From assembly GCA_038231455.1 (NCBI GenBank), contig JBBRLI010000041.1, positions 1-13,748 on the forward strand: a DNA stretch of 13,748 nt. The letters are read 5' to 3'. A model generated the notes under the pieces. It did not search any database. It was not told the DNA's origin and saw only the letters and a program-made list of their open reading frames with translations. Below, piece by piece: positions 1 to 7,395 of this stretch (positions within the stretch are counted from its first letter, which is position 1; the number at the start of each line of letters is the position of its first letter). The DNA is from Vulcanimicrobiales bacterium (GTDB lineage: Bacteria; Vulcanimicrobiota; Vulcanimicrobiia; Vulcanimicrobiales; Vulcanimicrobiaceae). The translations under genes and the position numbers were made by a program.

Positions 1-6
1 CAGTTT

Positions 7-15
7 TGGTATAGT
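7..15 (+). promoter_or_regulatory. Candidate extended -10 promoter (TGgTATAGT)
   Basis: TG-n-TATAGT at 7-15 is one mismatch from TGnTATAAT. It is followed by an SD-like AGAGG (51-55) and ATG at 61. Confidence 0.4.
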
Positions 16-60
16 GGAATTCGCCATCGAGTCGCCTTCACGTTGGTTTAAGAGGTTGAC

Positions 61-261
61 ATGAAGTTGGCTCGGTGGCTCTTCGCTATCCTCGAAGGAT
101 CAGCTCAGCCCCGAAGTACACACGCGTCTGGACTCGGCCCGTCCAAGGCGCTGGTCGATCGAGTTAATTCTCAAAAACTCGAAGAGCCGTTACACCGTCA
201 AGCGTCGACTTCTCGAGGCCGGTATATTGAAAAACGCGTGCGACGAGTGTGGTGTGTTTGA
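61..261 (+). CDS. Possible 66-aa ORF overlapping the HNH frame (doubtful)
   Basis: ATG has a good SD (AGAGG) and an upstream extended -10, but most of the ORF overlaps the clearly coding HNH frame and has no recognisable motif. Confidence 0.2.
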   Translation: MKLARWLFAILEGSAQPRSTHASGLGPSKALVDRVNSQKLEEPLHRQASTSRGRYIEKRVRRVWCV

Positions 262-406
262 GTGGCAAAACCGCCCTCTAACGATTCAGCTCGACCACCG
301 AAACGGAATTCGAGACGACCACCGTCTCGAAAACCTGCGAATGCTCTGCCCAAATTGCCATAGCCAAACCGAGACATTCGCGTTGAAAAACCGCAAACGC
401 CTTTGA
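65..406 (+). pseudogene. HNH endonuclease, 5'-truncated (not in the ORF track)
   Basis: Frame +2 between stops at 62-64 and 404-406 reads ...RPRRWSIELILKNSKSRYTVKRRLLEAGILKNACDECGVFEWQNRPLTIQLDHRNGIRDDHRLENLRMLCPNCHSQTETFALKNRKRL*. This is the CxxC ... DH-NG ... NL ... CPNCH Zn-finger HNH signature. There is no ATG/GTG start upstream of the first CxxC. Confidence 0.85.
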
Positions 407-428
407 TGGGGCTACCATTTCCCGGTCA

Positions 429-462
429 AAAAACCTCAGTAAAAAGGGGGTTTTTGCTTTTT
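429..462 (+). terminator. Possible intrinsic terminator after HNH
   Basis: AAAAACCTC-agtaaaaag-GGGGTTTTT stem-loop followed by GCTTTTT. The stem is weak and AT-rich. Confidence 0.4.
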
Positions 463-628
463 AAGGCGCGGCCGGGTGTACGAAGGGTTACGTCGCCAAG
501 CGTGACGCCTGCACTCCAATTTTCCGCGACGACTCGATAGTTGTGTGATGTAAACGTGTCAGTGTATGTGGTGAAGGCAGTAGGCGCGTGGGAGACTGAC
601 GGCAACAATCTGTTGGGAGCGACGCCAG

Positions 629-1870
629 ATGAATGCCGCGGTTAAACGATCCACTGTCCTCGTGCGGCTCGCCGTTTTGTTCGCGGTCTTCTTTGTCCCT
701 ACGATGACGATCGCCGGAACTGATTTGGCGATCTCGTACGGGAGCCCGCCATATACGATTGCCGCGACGTGCGATCTAAGGCAGCCACTGGCGTTTATCA
801 GCATGACGATAGCGAATCACGGCAAGGACACGAGTGCCTCCACGACCGTTTCCGCTTTCGAGGCAGGCGGCGTCCTAAGCGGCGATCCGGAGACCGCGCC
901 GCCGATCGGCACCGGCAAAGCCGTGACTCTGCGCTTGCCAGTTCGCTACATCAACGGGAGCAGCGGGCAGATCGGTGGAGATCACGCGATGACGATCACG
1001 ATCGGGTTGCAGCGCCTCCAGCCGATAACCCTCACGGTTCCGACGGGCTTCTGCATCACGCCGCGCCACATGCTCCCCGGCGACCGCGTCGCTGTTCCGC
1101 CCGCGTCGGCAACCGCACAGCGCGCACGCGCGGCTGCTTTAGCAACAGCCGGTCCGACATTCACCAAAGTCGAGCTGTCGCCGACAACGGTCGCGAAGAT
1201 CGCCGACCGCGCACTCACCGTGCCGATTCACGTGCGCGTGGCCTTAAACGCCGCCGACTGCGCTCTGCACGTCGGCCAGATTGTCGGCAGCCTCATTTGT
1301 CCGGACATGATTCGCTCGGGCAATCTCTTGCTCGTGTGGGAATGGAAACCGGGCGCAGGCCCGGATCGCGTCGATGGGTACCGCGTCTATCGACTCGACG
1401 GTGGCAAACGGCTGGTCGACACGCGACCTTCGCAAGACCTGATGTTGACGGACTTGCCGGTTCCGCAAGGCGGTTACCCCGGAACGTGTTACGCAGTAAC
1501 CGCATTCGCCGGACAACGCGAGTCGGCGATGAGCCCTGCGCTCTGCCCAACGCGAAAACAGACGACGGTCGGCGCGAACCCGACGATCGCGCCACCGACC
1601 CCGGCGCCCCAACACGTGGTCATTCACGTCACTGATGACTCGTATCCGCAGGACACGATTGTAGCCGTGGGTGGAGACGTCACCTGGATCAATGACGATA
1701 CGGACGACCACACGGTGTACGACGGGACAGACTCGGGAGTCATCCGCGGCGGAGGCGGTCGTTATACGATCGTGCTTCGCGACATCGGCCTTGCGCGGTA
1801 CTATATCCGATATAACTGCCAGTATCACACCGATATGAACGGCAAGATTACCGTGATGAAGAATCCCTGA
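629..1870 (+). CDS. Secreted/anchored multidomain protein: Ig/CARDB-like + FN3-like + C-terminal plastocyanin-like cupredoxin
   Basis: SD GGGAG at 615-619. Basic then hydrophobic N-terminus. Beta-rich TDLAISY...MTIANHG module; LVWEW...VDGYRVYR...CYAVTAF...ES FN3-like motif; Pro/Thr linker. The C-terminal VAVGGDVTWIN..DHTV...YNCQYHTDMNGKITV carries His, Cys, His and Met type-1 Cu ligands. Confidence 0.8.
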   Translation: MNAAVKRSTVLVRLAVLFAVFFVPTMTIAGTDLAISYGSPPYTIAATCDLRQPLAFISMTIANHGKDTSASTTVSAFEAGGVLSGDPETAPPIGTGKAVTLRLPVRYINGSSGQIGGDHAMTITIGLQRLQPITLTVPTGFCITPRHMLPGDRVAVPPASATAQRARAAALATAGPTFTKVELSPTTVAKIADRALTVPIHVRVALNAADCALHVGQIVGSLICPDMIRSGNLLLVWEWKPGAGPDRVDGYRVYRLDGGKRLVDTRPSQDLMLTDLPVPQGGYPGTCYAVTAFAGQRESAMSPALCPTRKQTTVGANPTIAPPTPAPQHVVIHVTDDSYPQDTIVAVGGDVTWINDDTDDHTVYDGTDSGVIRGGGGRYTIVLRDIGLARYYIRYNCQYHTDMNGKITVMKNP

Positions 1871-2049
1871 GGTCCGCTGGACGCCCCGTTCGGTGAGCAA
1901 CATTGTAAAATCCTGAGGACCGACACTGCCAAAGCGCTGCAATCGAGGGCAAGATCTGCGCGATAAAGGCCGAGTTCGCAAGATCAAGGTCGCACGCGGA
2001 TCTTGTCGCAAGCAAGGCGCCTATCGATACAACACGAGCGGAGACTATA

Positions 2050-2292
2050 TTGACGAGAGCCGAGGCGCACTCGCGTCTGGAAGCCGCGGGCTTCAACATC
2101 GATTCCGAACCCTACATCGGTGAGATTTATCGCGTCCATCGAGATGGTCGGTCGTGCGGGGTCAATCTCGGCGAATCCGCCATCGAAATCGTTGGCCACA
2201 AAGAAAACGACCCTGACGACGAGCTTTATCTTGCCGTGCTCAAAACGCTCGAAGAATCACCTGAGCCGCCGCCCGCAGACAGCGCCCCTTAG
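2050..2292 (+). CDS. Small acidic hypothetical protein (80 aa)
   Basis: TTG start with GGAG SD 6 nt upstream. Protein-like composition with a Pro-rich tail. No family recognised. Confidence 0.6.
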   Translation: MTRAEAHSRLEAAGFNIDSEPYIGEIYRVHRDGRSCGVNLGESAIEIVGHKENDPDDELYLAVLKTLEESPEPPPADSAP

Positions 2293-2350
2293 CGTACGAG
2301 GCTCTCGAAAGGCGCGCAAATCCTTCGCCGATCGTCGGGCGGCGACGACG

Positions 2351-2581
2351 GCGTCGCGCGGGATTTCCGCAAACACGATTGCATCCGGGGCAATCGAGAC
2401 CGACTTCGGCGGCGGCCGCGTGCGCGATAACGCCGAGATCAACGAGATGGTCGCGACGATGACGGCGCTCGGGCGTGCCGGATTGCCGGACGACGTCGAA
2501 TCCGCCGTTGCCGCGCTTCTTTCGGATAGCGGCTGGATCACGGGTCAGCGCATTGAGGTCTCAGGCGGGATGCAAGTCTAG
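2351..2581 (+). pseudogene. C-terminal remnant of an SDR family oxidoreductase
   Basis: RGISANTIASGAIETDFGGGRVRDN...TALGRAGLPDDVESAVAALLSDSGWITGQRIEVSGGMQV* is the classic SDR C-terminus (RGIxVNxxAPGxxxTD ... LGRxGxPDD ... WITGQxIxVSGG). The Rossmann TGxxxGIG and YxxxK motifs are absent. Confidence 0.85.
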
Positions 2582-2594
2582 CGCCGCTCTGGTC

Positions 2595-2900
2595 TTACTG
2601 AAGAAAGTGATAGACCATGCCGCAGAGGATCGGCGTCATCAGAAGCGCTGCTCTCGTTAGCGGTCGGAAGAACAGCCACGTCTGAATGGCGCGCGGCGCG
2701 GGCGGGGCGCTGCCTTCGTATAGGCTCGGGTAGAGCGTCTGCAGATCGGCCGGTGCGAGGCCTTCGCTCGAGTGGCCGGAGCCTACCGCGTGGGCAGACT
2801 CCCGGCTGCCGACGTGGCGGAGGCTGGATTTGAGCGATGCGGCGGTCGGGTCGGTCGTGTAGCTGTGGCCGTGGCCGATCGAGCGATGGGTGACGAGCAT
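2595..2900 (-). CDS. Small hypothetical protein (101 aa) with His/Ser-rich N-part and C-terminal hydrophobic helix
   Basis: Strong SD GAGGAG 7 nt before ATG at 2900 (preferred over the track start at 2930). C-terminal ...LTRAALLMTPILCGMVYHFLQ is a probable transmembrane segment. Confidence 0.65.
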   Translation of the reverse strand: MLVTHRSIGHGHSYTTDPTAASLKSSLRHVGSRESAHAVGSGHSSEGLAPADLQTLYPSLYEGSAPPAPRAIQTWLFFRPLTRAALLMTPILCGMVYHFLQ

Positions 2901-2962
2901 GGGGAGTCTCCTCGTTCGGATAAGCGCCACCCGGTCAGGTGGTCAAGCGATCCGGTGAGCAG

Positions 2963-3036
2963 AACATACGCGTAGAGACTTTCCGGCAACTTACGAAAAC
3001 AATTACTTCATTCTTACGCCAGTTACAAAGGTGTAA
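2963..3036. promoter_or_regulatory. Divergent promoter region with phased TTAC repeats and a TTACA-N4-TGTAA palindrome
   Basis: AT-rich. TTAC at 2991, 3003, 3014 and 3023; CTTACG at 2990 and 3013; perfect inverted repeat TTACA-AAGG-TGTAA at 3023-3036 over the regulator's SD; candidate minus-strand -10 TATGTT at 2963-2968. Confidence 0.45.
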
Positions 3037-5892
3037 ATGACGGATTTAGACCTCCGCAGTCGCGTCGTCGCTCGGGCGTCCCTTGCCGCGCGGATCGCCG
3101 CGGCCGAGCCGGCCATTATCTCCATCGTGGCACCAGCCGGCTTTGGCAAAACCACGTTCGTGCGACAGCTCGTCCACGCAGAAGAGGCCGTTGCCATTTG
3201 CGACTGCCGCGGAGTGCGCTCGCCGATCGAATTCGCGCGCCGGATTATCTCTTCGCTTGCTGATGAAATGCCCGACCGAGCACCGAATCTTTCGCAAAGC
3301 GCGACGATGGTCGGCGATGGCGGGAACGCGGAGCACGACGCGTTCGCGCTCTTGCTCTCCGCCTGGCGCGTCCGCACGCGCAAAGCTATTTTCGTTTTCG
3401 AGAACGCTGAGGACATCGTCATCGAGAGCGACGTGCGCGATCTGCACGCCCGCTTGCTGACCTCGCGCCCGCCCGACCGCACGATCGTCGTGTGCTCGCG
3501 CGAGCCGCTGCGTATCCATCTGACGCGCTTTGCGGCGCCGCACGAAGTGCTTTCCATTCGAGCCGAGGATCTCGCGTTCACCGTTGCCGAGATCGCGGAG
3601 GTCCTGACACTCGCGGGTTCTTCCGCAGCGCATGCCGAGAAAATTGCGACGGTTTCCGGCGGTTGGCCGATTGCCGTGCTGCTCATGGCCCGTTTCGTAA
3701 GCGAAGGCCGCATCGAAGAGTTGCTCGACCGGCTCGACGACGTCGCCTACGAAGAGTTGCATGAGTATCTTGCCGATGAGGTGATCGCGGCGATGCCGGC
3801 GACGCTCATCGACGCACTCACCGCATGTGCGACCATTCCGAATGCAACGGCCCGCGACCTAACGCTCGCGCTGGGTGACCGCGCGGCTGCCGATGCGTTC
3901 GTGACATTCGAACGGACAACGCCATTCGTGACGCGTCACAAAGCAAACGTGTTCGAAGTTCATACGTTGATCGCAACGATTCTGAACGAACGTTTCCCCA
4001 ATCGCGGCGCGTCGCTGCTCCAAAATGCGAGTAACGCGTACGAAAGCGCCGGCGAACATCTGCGCGCCTCGCAGATCGCGCTTGCGTCCGGCAATCAAAT
4101 GGAAGCGGCACGGCTCCTCGACAAACTCGAAGTAATCGAAGACCGTGCGCCGGATCTTGCCTATTCGAATATTCTTGCGGCACTCGACCGAGACGTCATC
4201 ATCCGCTATCCGCGTCTGTGGGCGGTAACCGCGTTGCTGCAAACGTTTTCCGCAGATTCGTCCGCGTTGCTCGCGGAGGCCGAGCGGCTCTGGAGCGGGC
4301 TTGCGCCTGATGTCGAGCCGATCGAGCGCGTCTACATTTTCGTTTTCCGCGTGCTCTTACGGAGCTACGTCGGTCGATTTGCCGAGGCGCTGGCGATCAT
4401 CGATGAGTTTCGCGCCTCAATCGCTGCACCCGATATACCGACGACGCAGCTGCACGCGTGGCTGCTCTACCTTCGGTCGCTGATGACGGCCCGAATGGGG
4501 AACCTTGCCGTTGCCCGACGCGAAGTCGAGCTCGCGCTTCCGCTCGTGCAATCGATGTACGTGATGGCCGGCGGCTCGCTCTTGGTGTTGGCGACGGACA
4601 TCGAGCGCGTTCTCGGGAATCGCGCGGCCGAACGCACGTTGATCGAACGCGCGCTCGTCAACATCCGCTATACCAACATGAGCAACTTCATCGCGTTCTA
4701 CCTCGCCGAAGCGACATTTGGCGCGTGGTTGGCCGGCGAAGAGGACGAATACGCTGAGTGGGCATTCTCGCTCGGAAATGAAGTGGCCCGGGAAGGCATT
4801 GCGGGGTTTGCATTCTTCGCTGCGCGGGCGCGCAATCAAGACGTGATGCCGCGGACGGTCGATCTGCTTAAATGGGTGATCGCCGGGCACCTTATCGCGG
4901 CCGTCGATGCATCCGAACCGACCCTCGCCCGCGAGCACGCGCGAGCCGCTCACGCGGCCGCGCTTCGCTTCTACTCGCCATTTATGGAAACGCTCGCCCA
5001 TCTCGCACTCGCGGCAACGGCGCCGCGCGACGAGCGCGCCGGCCACTTCGCGAGTGCGGTGGCAAGCGCAGCACTCATCGATTCTCCACCGTTGCAAGCG
5101 GCGGTCGCCGCAGCGGCGAGCGGCAGCGATGCCGGCTTTCTGCAATCGTTCATGCTTCGGCTCGACCGGACGGAGCCGCTCGAAAGTCACGGCCTGGCGA
5201 TCGAATTCACGACGGGTACGGTTCGCCGGAACGGCATCCCGATTTCGTTGCCCGAACGCGAGATGGCCCTCCTTTTTGCACTCGCGCTGCGCCCCGAGCC
5301 GATCCCCCGCGAACGGATTACCGATATGCTGTGGGCCGATCTCGACGATGACGCAGCACGCAATGCCTTTCACGTCTGCTCTCACCGTCTCAAAGCACGC
5401 CTGGAGAGCGACGCGGTGATCGTCCACACGCGAGCCGGTTACGCGATCCGCACCGACATCGAAGTCGATCTCTGGCAGATCGATCGGTCGATGCTGCGCG
5501 TACGCGGTTCGAGCGTCGTCGGTCCCGCACGCGAGGCAATCTTGCAGTCGCTGTACGGACAGCTCTGCGCGATGCGCTCCGAGCGTTTCGCTGATTGGGA
5601 CTGGTTTGCGCCCGTAGCACGCCATCTTCGCGAACTCCGTGGAGAGGTGGCGCAATTACTTGCCACCGATGCGCTCAACAACGGCGACCACGGCGAAGCG
5701 CTTGCCCTTGCAAAAGAAATGATTCGCTACGATGCTTGCGACGAGCCCGCCCGTGAAATCGCGATCAGAGCACACCTTGCCAGCGGCAACAAAGCGGCAG
5801 CGCTCCAGCACTTTCGCCAATATCGCGACACGCTCAAGGCCGAACTGCAATGCGAGCCGTCGGCAGCGATTGCAGCATTGATCGAAGCCTGA
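3037..5892 (+). CDS. MalT-like STAND ATPase transcriptional regulator with C-terminal OmpR-type wHTH and BTAD domain
   Basis: Walker A APAGFGKTT; Walker B-like IFVFENAED; SREP..., DLAFTVAE, SGGWP and YLADEV motifs of MalT-type STAND proteins; helical TPR-like middle; C-terminal REMALLFALAL...RERITDMLW...NAFHVCSHRLK...GYAI (wHTH) and VDLWQ...YDACDEPAREIAIRAHL.SGNKAAALQHFRQY...LKAELQCEPS (BTAD). Confidence 0.9.
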   Translation: MTDLDLRSRVVARASLAARIAAAEPAIISIVAPAGFGKTTFVRQLVHAEEAVAICDCRGVRSPIEFARRIISSLADEMPDRAPNLSQSATMVGDGGNAEHDAFALLLSAWRVRTRKAIFVFENAEDIVIESDVRDLHARLLTSRPPDRTIVVCSREPLRIHLTRFAAPHEVLSIRAEDLAFTVAEIAEVLTLAGSSAAHAEKIATVSGGWPIAVLLMARFVSEGRIEELLDRLDDVAYEELHEYLADEVIAAMPATLIDALTACATIPNATARDLTLALGDRAAADAFVTFERTTPFVTRHKANVFEVHTLIATILNERFPNRGASLLQNASNAYESAGEHLRASQIALASGNQMEAARLLDKLEVIEDRAPDLAYSNILAALDRDVIIRYPRLWAVTALLQTFSADSSALLAEAERLWSGLAPDVEPIERVYIFVFRVLLRSYVGRFAEALAIIDEFRASIAAPDIPTTQLHAWLLYLRSLMTARMGNLAVARREVELALPLVQSMYVMAGGSLLVLATDIERVLGNRAAERTLIERALVNIRYTNMSNFIAFYLAEATFGAWLAGEEDEYAEWAFSLGNEVAREGIAGFAFFAARARNQDVMPRTVDLLKWVIAGHLIAAVDASEPTLAREHARAAHAAALRFYSPFMETLAHLALAATAPRDERAGHFASAVASAALIDSPPLQAAVAAAASGSDAGFLQSFMLRLDRTEPLESHGLAIEFTTGTVRRNGIPISLPEREMALLFALALRPEPIPRERITDMLWADLDDDAARNAFHVCSHRLKARLESDAVIVHTRAGYAIRTDIEVDLWQIDRSMLRVRGSSVVGPAREAILQSLYGQLCAMRSERFADWDWFAPVARHLRELRGEVAQLLATDALNNGDHGEALALAKEMIRYDACDEPAREIAIRAHLASGNKAAALQHFRQYRDTLKAELQCEPSAAIAALIEA

Positions 5893-6322
5893 CCGTAACG
5901 ATCGAGGCTTCGCAATCAGCGCTCCGTTACTTGACGGCGTTTGCGTTTTATCGCACGCGAACTGCAACGCCGATATTACGATCATCGAGGGCAATTCGAA
6001 CGTCGTTGTGACCGGTAATTCAAGCATCGGCGACGGCACGGTCGTCGCGCATCGGAACGGTCTTACGGGGATCGCGAGTTTTGGCGTCAACAATCTGAAT
6101 CCGTTTCGTGTGGAGGCGACTTGCAATTGGTGGGATGCTAAAAACGGACCGGGACCGGTCGGACCGGGTTCGGGCGATAAAGTCCGTCCGAACGTGACGT
6201 TTGCTCCGTGGCTCAAGAGCTCGAACCTCAGAAGCTCGTGCAAAGGATCGGGCAACGGCGACGAAGGCGACGACAACGATCAGGGAGCGACCGGCGACTA
6301 CGCCTCCTTCCGCGGGATGTGA
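5893..6322 (+). pseudogene. C-terminal remnant of a parallel beta-helix (pectin-lyase-fold-like) secreted protein
   Basis: The frame of the 6008 ORF is open back to the regulator stop with no SD or signal peptide: ...DITIIEGNSNVVVTGNSSIGDG...VEATCNWWDAKNGPGPVGPGSGDKVRPNVTFAPWL. The A-x-x-NWW...GP...GDxV...VxFxPWL cap is typical of beta-helix repeat protein C-termini. Confidence 0.6.
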
Positions 6323-6360
6323 AGGCATCGACTGCCTGTGCTCCGTACGAAAAAGCTCCA

Positions 6361-7269
6361 ATGAACGATGTAATGCGCGCCCAGATGAAAAGCAAGCCCG
6401 GCTTCATCGCCGCTCTCGATCAGAGTGGCGGTTCGACACCGGGCGCTTTGCGCCAGTACGGCGTGCCCGATTCGGCGTACAACGGCGATGTCGAGATGTA
6501 TGCGATGATGCACGAAATGCGCGTACGCATCATGAGTTCGCCAGCCTTTACCGGCGACAAAGTCATCGGCGCAATTCTCTTCGAACGCACGATGGACGGC
6601 GAAGCCCACGGCAAGCCCGTGCCGACGTATCTGTGGGACGACCGCCATGTGGTTCCACTTTTGAAGATCGATAAGGGGCTGGAAGCGGAAGCTGACGGCG
6701 TAAGCCTCATGAAGCCGATCCCCGGCCTCGATGCCTTGCTGGAACGCGCGGGAAAACTCGGCGTGTACGGTACGAAGATGCGCTCGACCATCAACCTTGC
6801 GTCGGCCTCCGGGATCGCAGCGATCGTCAGACAGCAATTCGAGATTGGCCGACAAATCGCACGCGCCGGCCTGGCTCCGATTCTCGAACCCGAAGTCTCG
6901 ATCAAGAGTCCCGAAAAAGCCGCGGCCGAAACGATCTTGCTTCGGGAGTTGCTCGACGGCGCTACTGCTTGGTCGGAGTCATTGCCGTTCATGGTGAAAG
7001 TCACCATCCCGGAATCCGTCAATCTCTACGCGCCGCTGATCGCACACGCAAAATGTGACCGCGTCGTTGCGCTCTCCGGCGGTTACTCGCTTGACGATGC
7101 TTGCGAACGACTGGCCCACAATAAAGGGATGATCGCGAGTTTTTCGCGCGCGCTGGTCGAGGAACTTTCCCGCCCGATGAGCGACGCCGACTTCGATTCG
7201 AAGCTTGCCGCAAATATCGACAAAATCTACCGCGCATCAACGGAGAAAGTCGCCGCCGCGTCGGCGTAA
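6361..7269 (+). CDS. fda: Fructose-1,6-bisphosphate aldolase, class I (bacterial type)
   Basis: GFIAALDQSGGSTP, GAILFE, KIDKG, GTKMRS, EPEV, Schiff-base Lys in MVKVTIP, ALSGGY, ASFSRAL. Start placed at ATG 6361 to match the usual family N-terminus (302 aa). Confidence 0.95.
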   Translation: MNDVMRAQMKSKPGFIAALDQSGGSTPGALRQYGVPDSAYNGDVEMYAMMHEMRVRIMSSPAFTGDKVIGAILFERTMDGEAHGKPVPTYLWDDRHVVPLLKIDKGLEAEADGVSLMKPIPGLDALLERAGKLGVYGTKMRSTINLASASGIAAIVRQQFEIGRQIARAGLAPILEPEVSIKSPEKAAAETILLRELLDGATAWSESLPFMVKVTIPESVNLYAPLIAHAKCDRVVALSGGYSLDDACERLAHNKGMIASFSRALVEELSRPMSDADFDSKLAANIDKIYRASTEKVAAASA

Positions 7270-7395
7270 GGCGATGTGCTAGTGGCAACGATCACTCCTG
7301 CGCGATGATTGCGCACGCCTGAGCGTTATCACCGTTCCGTAACTGCGCGAGTTTTCGACAGGGAGCTCGAGCGCGCAAAGTAATGCACGGCGTCC

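Noticed and set aside
5-60. TGGTATAGTGG resembling a tRNA D-arm
   Set aside because: No T-arm (GTTCRA) or acceptor stem follows. It is better explained as an extended -10 element.
407-430. Possible tRNA 5' remnant (TCCCGGT) after the HNH gene
   Set aside because: Only about 7 nt and no cloverleaf, so it cannot be supported.
544-559. TGTGA half-site suggesting a CRP/FNR box
   Set aside because: The second half-site (TCACA) is absent at the N6 spacing.
2120-2581. 153-aa ORF as an intact gene
   Set aside because: Only the last ~76 codons are SDR-like. The first half overlaps the 2050-2292 gene and is non-protein-like.
4417-5655. Long antisense ORF (412 aa) and other overlapping ORFs such as 769-1635 and 1244-2011
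   Set aside because: Shadow frames of well-supported genes in high-GC DNA, with no motifs.
3037-5892. STAND NTPase as an Avs-type anti-phage system
   Set aside because: It has wHTH-BTAD transcriptional output and MalT-type motifs, with no nuclease, TIR, SIR2 or protease effector.
6208-6360. N-terminal extension of the aldolase in the ORF track
   Set aside because: Arg-rich shadow translation of the upstream remnant. Family similarity begins at Met 6361.
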